Source: an uncultured bacterium (GTDB lineage: Bacteria; Chloroflexota; UBA5177; JANWHV01). From it: a stretch of DNA of 64,000 nt. The stretch covers positions 64,001 through 128,000 of the forward strand of contig CAWHAE010000020.1 of NCBI GenBank assembly GCA_963827235.1, written 5' to 3'. This document shows positions 59,070 to 64,000 of the stretch, in pieces. Numbering within the stretch: position 1 is the stretch's first letter; each line of letters starts with the position of its first letter. Position numbers and translations under genes: made by a program. The notes under the pieces were generated by a model. The model worked only from the letters and a program-made list of their open reading frames with translations. It made no database searches and was not told the DNA's origin.

Positions 59070-60455
59070 ATGATCGAGGTTGATCACCAGAAGGCCTTCG
59101 ACCTGGCATTTGCGCGGCGAACGGAGCGCTCCCGCGAGCTGTTCCAGAGCGCCAGCGAGGTCCTGCCCGGTGGGGTGAACTCTACCGCTCGCACGACGCA
59201 TGTCGGCTGGGAGCCGTATCCACTCTTTGCCTCGCATGGCGAAGGGCCATATCTGGTCGACGTCGATGGGAACCGCTACGTCGACTATTTGCTCGGGCTC
59301 GGCCCGTTGATGCTTGGCCATCGCCCGGCCGCCGTGATCGAGCGCGTGACCAGCGAGGTGAAGCGTCACGGCACGCTCTTCGCTCTGCCGTACGAGATGG
59401 AACAGCAGGTGGCGAGGCGTTTCCTGCAGGCAGTGCCAAGCGCTGACGCCGTGCGCTTCACCAATACAGGGTCAGAGGCTGTGGGCAGTGCGGTCCGGCT
59501 CGCCCGCGCTTACACGGGCAGACCGAGAGTCCTGCGATTCGAAGGACATTATCACGGCTGGCAGGATACCGTCTACTGGTCAAACAAGCCGGACCCGTCT
59601 CTGGCTGGTCCGGCCGAGTCACCGCGTCCCGTGCCCGCGGGACCCGGCGTGCCCGCGTCGCTGGCCGACACGCTGATCATCTGCCCGTGGAACGACGTGG
59701 AGGCGGTTGAGCGAGCCTTCGCTGCCCACGGGGACGAGATCGCCGCCGTGCTGACGGAGCCGGTGATGTGCAATACCGGCTGTATTCTGCCGCAGCCGGG
59801 CTACCTCCAGGCTTTGCGCCGGATCGCGAGCGCCCACGGCTCTCTGCTCATCTTCGACGAAGTGATCACCGGCTTCCGGCTCAGCTTGGGCGGCGCGCAG
59901 GCCTACTACAACGTGCAGCCCGATCTCTCGTGCTTTGCCAAGGCTCTCGCCGGCGGCTTCCCCGTGGCCGCGCTTGCCGGCATCAAGCCGGTGATGAACC
60001 TGATCGCCGACGGGCGCTATTCGCATTCCGGCACCTATAATGCCAGCGTCATGGCCATGGCCGCAGTCGATGCCGCGCTGGACGAGTTGACGAAGCCCGG
60101 GGTCTACGAGGGTCTTCACCGCATCGGGGAGCGCCTGATGACCGAGCTACGGGTTCGGTTCGGTGCGGCGGAGGTACCGGTCCAGGTGCAGGGGCTTGGC
60201 CCCGTCTTTCAGGTCTGGTTCGCCGATCGTCCAATACGCACGTGGCGCGAGGCGCGCGCGCATGCTCGCAAGGGCTCGTTCCGTTTATTCTGGGAAGAGA
60301 TGCTCCTGCGCGGCGTGTTGTTCCATCCCGACCAGTACGAGAACCTCTTTATCTCGACCACGCACGAGGACAGGCAGGTGGATGAGACGCTCGCCTCCCT
60401 TGATCAGGCGCTGCCGGTGCTCAAGGCGCGTCTGGCCGCGGGGGGCGCGCTCTGA
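59070..60455 (+). CDS. Class-III PLP aminotransferase, glutamate-1-semialdehyde aminomutase-like
   Basis: PGGVNSTAR, DVDGNRYVDY, TGSEA, FEGHYHG, IFDEVITGFR, FAKALAGGFP, SGTYN. Confidence 0.88.
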   Translation: MIEVDHQKAFDLAFARRTERSRELFQSASEVLPGGVNSTARTTHVGWEPYPLFASHGEGPYLVDVDGNRYVDYLLGLGPLMLGHRPAAVIERVTSEVKRHGTLFALPYEMEQQVARRFLQAVPSADAVRFTNTGSEAVGSAVRLARAYTGRPRVLRFEGHYHGWQDTVYWSNKPDPSLAGPAESPRPVPAGPGVPASLADTLIICPWNDVEAVERAFAAHGDEIAAVLTEPVMCNTGCILPQPGYLQALRRIASAHGSLLIFDEVITGFRLSLGGAQAYYNVQPDLSCFAKALAGGFPVAALAGIKPVMNLIADGRYSHSGTYNASVMAMAAVDAALDELTKPGVYEGLHRIGERLMTELRVRFGAAEVPVQVQGLGPVFQVWFADRPIRTWREARAHARKGSFRLFWEEMLLRGVLFHPDQYENLFISTTHEDRQVDETLASLDQALPVLKARLAAGGAL

Positions 60456-60529
60456 GGCATCGAGTCCGGCGAACTGTCGGAAGCCGTTGGGGCTTCCCGT
60501 TTGAACCACAGGAAGGCGGTGCGCTCGAC

Positions 60530-62197
60530 ATGGGAAAGACCTGGCTTGGCTGCAGAATTTCGGCGGGCACCGTGGCCGCCATCGCGCTGGTCGTCTGCTC
60601 GATCGGTGGTGTGCAGGCAGCGGCTCCCGCGGCGGGAAACAACGTGCTGATCATGCCGGAGGTGGTCTCCAATCTCTGGGTAAATGCGCTCGACCCGGCG
60701 CAGGTGTCCGACCTGCAATCGATCACGCTGTCCGATCTTGTCTATAGCGGCCTCGTCAAGCTCGACGGCAACAACAACGTGGTGCCCGATCTGGCGGCGA
60801 AGCTGCCGGCCGTGTCCTCCGACCGCCTCACCTACACCTTTACGCTGCGCTCCAGCGCGGCCTTCTCCGATGGCACGCCCGTGACGGCGCAGGATGTCGC
60901 CTACACCCTGTCGCGAGCGCTGTCCAAGCAAGAGGCATCCCCGGCGGCGATGACCTATCTTGGGCACATCAAGGGTGCCGCGGCTTGGAACGCCGGCAAG
61001 GCGTCGAGCCTGGCCGGTGTGAAGGCGGTGGACGCGCGCACCGTGCAGATCACCCTGGATCGCCCTGTAGGCTTCTTCCTGCAGTCGCTGGTCTACCCGA
61101 CCAGCTTCGTGGTGAAGCAGACCGTGGCGGCCGGCGAAGATCTGGTGGGACAGAACGCCCAGTCTCGCAACATCGGCACAGGCCCATGGATGTTCAGCAG
61201 GACCTGGCGATACCGTCAAGAGATGTATCTGACGCGAAATCCTCACTGGTACGATAGCTCGAGACTCAAGATCGACGAGATAGATATCCCGATGATCTCC
61301 AACGTCGACCTGGCCTACCGTGAGTATCTCAGTGGGCAGATCCCCGTCGCCGCGGTACCCAGCGCCTACCTACCCACGGTCAAGAACGATAGCGACTTCC
61401 ATGCGTCGCCGCTGCTGACCATCGACTACATCGCTCCCAACACCGGGAAGGATTCCCTCTGCAAGCCGACAAGCTGCGCTCCGTTCAACGACGTGCACTT
61501 CAGACGCGCCATGATGTTCGCCATCGACCGCACGACCATCACGCAGAAGATCCTGCACGGCTCCATGGCCCCGTTGTGCGGCCTTATCCCGAAGGGCATG
61601 TCGGGCTACGATCCGTCGCTCTGCTCGCTCACGCCCTACGATCCGGCACGGGCCAAGTCGGAGCTGGCCATGGCGATGAAGGACTTCCACGGCAAATTGC
61701 CCAACGAGGGCCACCTGACTCTCATCTACCAGGCCCTGGGACAGGACTATGCCAACGAGTACACCGAGGTGCAGAGCGAGTTGGCCGCGGTTGGAATCAA
61801 CATCAATATCCAGGCCACGCCGCTCAACAACTGGATCAACTTGACCGGCGCAAACTACACGCCGCTTATGGAAGATCAGTGGAGTGCCGACTACGTCGAC
61901 GCACAGGACTATGCGGAGAACCTGCTCGGATCGAGCTCGCCATATAACGTCGGCAACTACGATAATCCGACCTTCGAGCGCCTCCTCACACAGGCGGACG
62001 TCACTCCCAACGGATCGGCCCGCACGGCCATGTACGTGCAGGCGCAGCGTATCGCCATGCAGGACGCGGCGTTCATCATGATCGGCCAACTGCAGGGCGC
62101 CTATCGCTGGAAGAGCAACCTGCGTGGATTCTTCATCTCGTCGGCCTACACCTTCCAGCCCGCCAATCTGGACTGGACGAACGCCTCCGTCAGTTAG
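60530..62197 (+). CDS. Peptide ABC transporter substrate-binding protein (family 5)
   Basis: LDPAQ, VYSGLV, FSDGTPVTAQDV, GTGPW, PFNDVHFRRAM, WSADY. Confidence 0.92.
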   Translation: MGKTWLGCRISAGTVAAIALVVCSIGGVQAAAPAAGNNVLIMPEVVSNLWVNALDPAQVSDLQSITLSDLVYSGLVKLDGNNNVVPDLAAKLPAVSSDRLTYTFTLRSSAAFSDGTPVTAQDVAYTLSRALSKQEASPAAMTYLGHIKGAAAWNAGKASSLAGVKAVDARTVQITLDRPVGFFLQSLVYPTSFVVKQTVAAGEDLVGQNAQSRNIGTGPWMFSRTWRYRQEMYLTRNPHWYDSSRLKIDEIDIPMISNVDLAYREYLSGQIPVAAVPSAYLPTVKNDSDFHASPLLTIDYIAPNTGKDSLCKPTSCAPFNDVHFRRAMMFAIDRTTITQKILHGSMAPLCGLIPKGMSGYDPSLCSLTPYDPARAKSELAMAMKDFHGKLPNEGHLTLIYQALGQDYANEYTEVQSELAAVGININIQATPLNNWINLTGANYTPLMEDQWSADYVDAQDYAENLLGSSSPYNVGNYDNPTFERLLTQADVTPNGSARTAMYVQAQRIAMQDAAFIMIGQLQGAYRWKSNLRGFFISSAYTFQPANLDWTNASVS

Positions 62198-62251
62198 GCC
62201 GGCAGAACCACGGGCTGCTCGCGTCCAGTTCGCTGGCCGCGTACAATCTCG

Positions 62252-62302
62252 AGCCGCGCCTGCCTGGGGGTTCCCAGAGCGGGACCCCAGCCAGGCGCGG
62301 CT
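62252..62302. terminator. Long hairpin between convergent genes (probable bidirectional terminator)
   Basis: AGCCGCGCCTG / CAGGCGCGGCT outer stem plus CTGGGG / CCCCAG inner stem. Confidence 0.55.
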
Positions 62303-62339
62303 ATCTGTCTCCGCGGCGTCTTCGCGCCGAGCAGTGGAC

Positions 62340-63743
62340 CTACTTTCGCGCCACGCCGTCGGCCCGGGCAGCGGCGGACACCGCGGCTGCGACGCGCGGG
62401 GCCACTTCTCGATTGAACGCGCTGGGTATGATGTAGTCCTCGGCCAGCTCTTCGGGACCTACCAGCTCGGCGATCGCACGAGCGGCGGCGACCTTCATAC
62501 CCTGCGTGATGCGCGTTGCCCGGCAGTCCAGGGCGCCGCGAAAGAGGCCGGGGAAGGCCAGCACGTTATTGACCTGGTTGGGATAGTCGCTCCTGCCCGA
62601 GGCGATGACACGGGCGACGCTCGATGCCTCCTCGTAGCTCACCTCGGGATCCGGGTTTGCCAGGGCGAAGACGATCGGATTCGAGGCCATGGTCGCCAGG
62701 TCGGCGGCGGTCAGCAGGTTCGGCGCGGACACGCCGATGAATACATCGGCGCCGCGCAGCACGGCGCGGAGGTCGCCCTGAAGCTGCCCGGGATTGGTGT
62801 TCTCGGCGTACCACTGCCACACGTCCGTGCTCAACGATGTCGCGCCGCGGTAGAGCGCACCCTGACGGTCGCAGCCGACGATGTTCCGTGCCCCGGCGGA
62901 GAGCAGCATCTTGGTGATTGCCACCCCCGCGGAGCCCAGGCCGTTGATCACCACGCGAACGTCGGGCACGTTCTTGCCCACGATGTGCAGCGCGTTGAGC
63001 AGTGCGGCTAGAACGACCACTGCAGTGCCGTGCTGGTCATCGTGGAACACGGGAATGTCGAGTCGAGCCTGGAGCCGCTCTTCGACCACGAAGCATCGCG
63101 GGGCCGAAATGTCCTCCAGATTGATGCCGCCGAACCCGGTTGCCAGCCGCGCCGTGGTGTCCACGATCTCGTCGACGTCCTTGGTGTTCAGGCAGATAGG
63201 AAAGGCGTCGACTCCGCCGAACTCCTTGAACAGAATGGCTTTGCCTTCCATCACCGGCAGAGCCGCGGCCGGGCCGATGTCTCCAAGCCCGAGCACCGCC
63301 GTTCCGTCCGTCACGACGGCGACCATGTTGCGCTTGGACGTGAGGGTCCACACGTCGTCGGGCGTGCGCGCGATTGCCCGGCAGATGCGGGCGACTCCGG
63401 GCGTGTAGGCCATGGAGAGGTCGTCTCGCGTCTTCAGGGGTACGCGCGACTGCACTTCGATCTTGCCGCCAAGGTGGGACAGGAAGGTGCGGTCCGAGAC
63501 TTGCAGCACGTCGACGCCGGGTACGGCATTGACCGCGCGGACAATCTCCTCCACGTGACCCTCGTCGCGGGCGTTGACGGTCACGTCGCGTACCTTGACG
63601 GAGCCCTGGACGCGCACGATGTCGATGGCTCCCGAATCTCCGCCGGCCGCGCCGATAGCGGTTGCAAGCCGGGCAAAGGCGCCGGGCACGTTCGTGATGG
63701 CACAGCGCAGGGTGACGCTATAGCTTGCGCTTGGCGATGGCAT
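62340..63743 (-). CDS. NAD(P)-dependent malic enzyme with N-terminal ACT domain
   Basis: AYTPGVA, DGTAVLGLGDIG, VMEGKA, NLEDI, FHDDQHGTA, FALANPDPE, NQVNNVLAFPG. Confidence 0.95.
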   Translation of the reverse strand: MPSPSASYSVTLRCAITNVPGAFARLATAIGAAGGDSGAIDIVRVQGSVKVRDVTVNARDEGHVEEIVRAVNAVPGVDVLQVSDRTFLSHLGGKIEVQSRVPLKTRDDLSMAYTPGVARICRAIARTPDDVWTLTSKRNMVAVVTDGTAVLGLGDIGPAAALPVMEGKAILFKEFGGVDAFPICLNTKDVDEIVDTTARLATGFGGINLEDISAPRCFVVEERLQARLDIPVFHDDQHGTAVVVLAALLNALHIVGKNVPDVRVVINGLGSAGVAITKMLLSAGARNIVGCDRQGALYRGATSLSTDVWQWYAENTNPGQLQGDLRAVLRGADVFIGVSAPNLLTAADLATMASNPIVFALANPDPEVSYEEASSVARVIASGRSDYPNQVNNVLAFPGLFRGALDCRATRITQGMKVAAARAIAELVGPEELAEDYIIPSAFNREVAPRVAAAVSAAARADGVARK

Positions 63744-63917
63744 GCTTGGTCCTCCTTGTCTGAGCGGCGGTCGACGCGCACTCGGAATTCCATGCTGAAT
63801 GCGCCTTTCCGCGTCCTTTGCCCGTAGGTTACCGCGAACCGCATGGAAAGGGTCGCACCGCTCCGGTTGCGTGGTGCCGGACGTGCATTGTGTCCTGTCG
63901 CCAATCCGGGCGCGTGC

Positions 63918-64000
63918 TCAGCCGTCGAACCGCGGCACGTCGACGCCTTCGCCGCCGACCATGGCCGATGCGTGGGCGCAGACACCGGCCGCTGTCCAGT
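63918..64000 (-). CDS. 3' fragment of a probable Gfo/Idh/MocA-family oxidoreductase (enters from outside the window)
   Basis: Translates WTAAGVCAHASAMVGGEGVDVPRFDG-stop, resembling C-termini of one Gfo/Idh/MocA subgroup; only 26 residues visible. Confidence 0.5.
   Translation of the reverse strand, partial: WTAAGVCAHASAMVGGEGVDVPRFDG

Noticed and set aside
52411-60455. Assigning gene symbols argE, xylB or hemL
   Set aside because: Family membership is clear, but gene context (and motif differences for the aminotransferase) argues against assuming canonical functions

Overview
High-GC bacterial chromosome window, most consistent with a Chloroflexota genome (inference from the ftsW/murG overlap style, DUF2851, Uma2 proteins and a kinase-PQQ gene pair). 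In order it holds: (1) a trehalose/maltose-type ABC importer with a GH65 phosphorylase and the start of a probable beta-phosphoglucomutase, a Zn-finger/coiled-coil ORF, a HAD hydrolase and a GH94 phosphorylase; (2) a partial dcw cluster murD-ftsW-murG-murC-murB-ftsQ-ftsA-ftsZ, with murC frameshifted; (3) mixed genes (Uma2, M20 peptidase, DUF4432, A-type Fe-S carrier, DUF3352-like, trans-sulfuration enzyme, GT-C-like membrane protein); (4) a FadR-type regulator with a peptide-type ABC importer, acetamidase and amidase; (5) tRNA-Val(TAC), a Ser/Thr kinase with PQQ-like repeats plus a small ORF, DUF2851, nadE, a second Uma2 and a secreted FG-GAP protein; (6) a ~14 kb cluster (sugar ABC, ArgE-like deacylase, GntR/UTRA regulator, FGGY kinase, peptide ABC, HemL-like aminotransferase) whose three intergenic regions share an AT-rich motif, the best candidate for an undescribed catabolic pathway; (7) an ACT-domain malic enzyme. 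No CRISPR array, integrase, transposase or rRNA was seen. All family calls are by motif recognition, with no database searches run.
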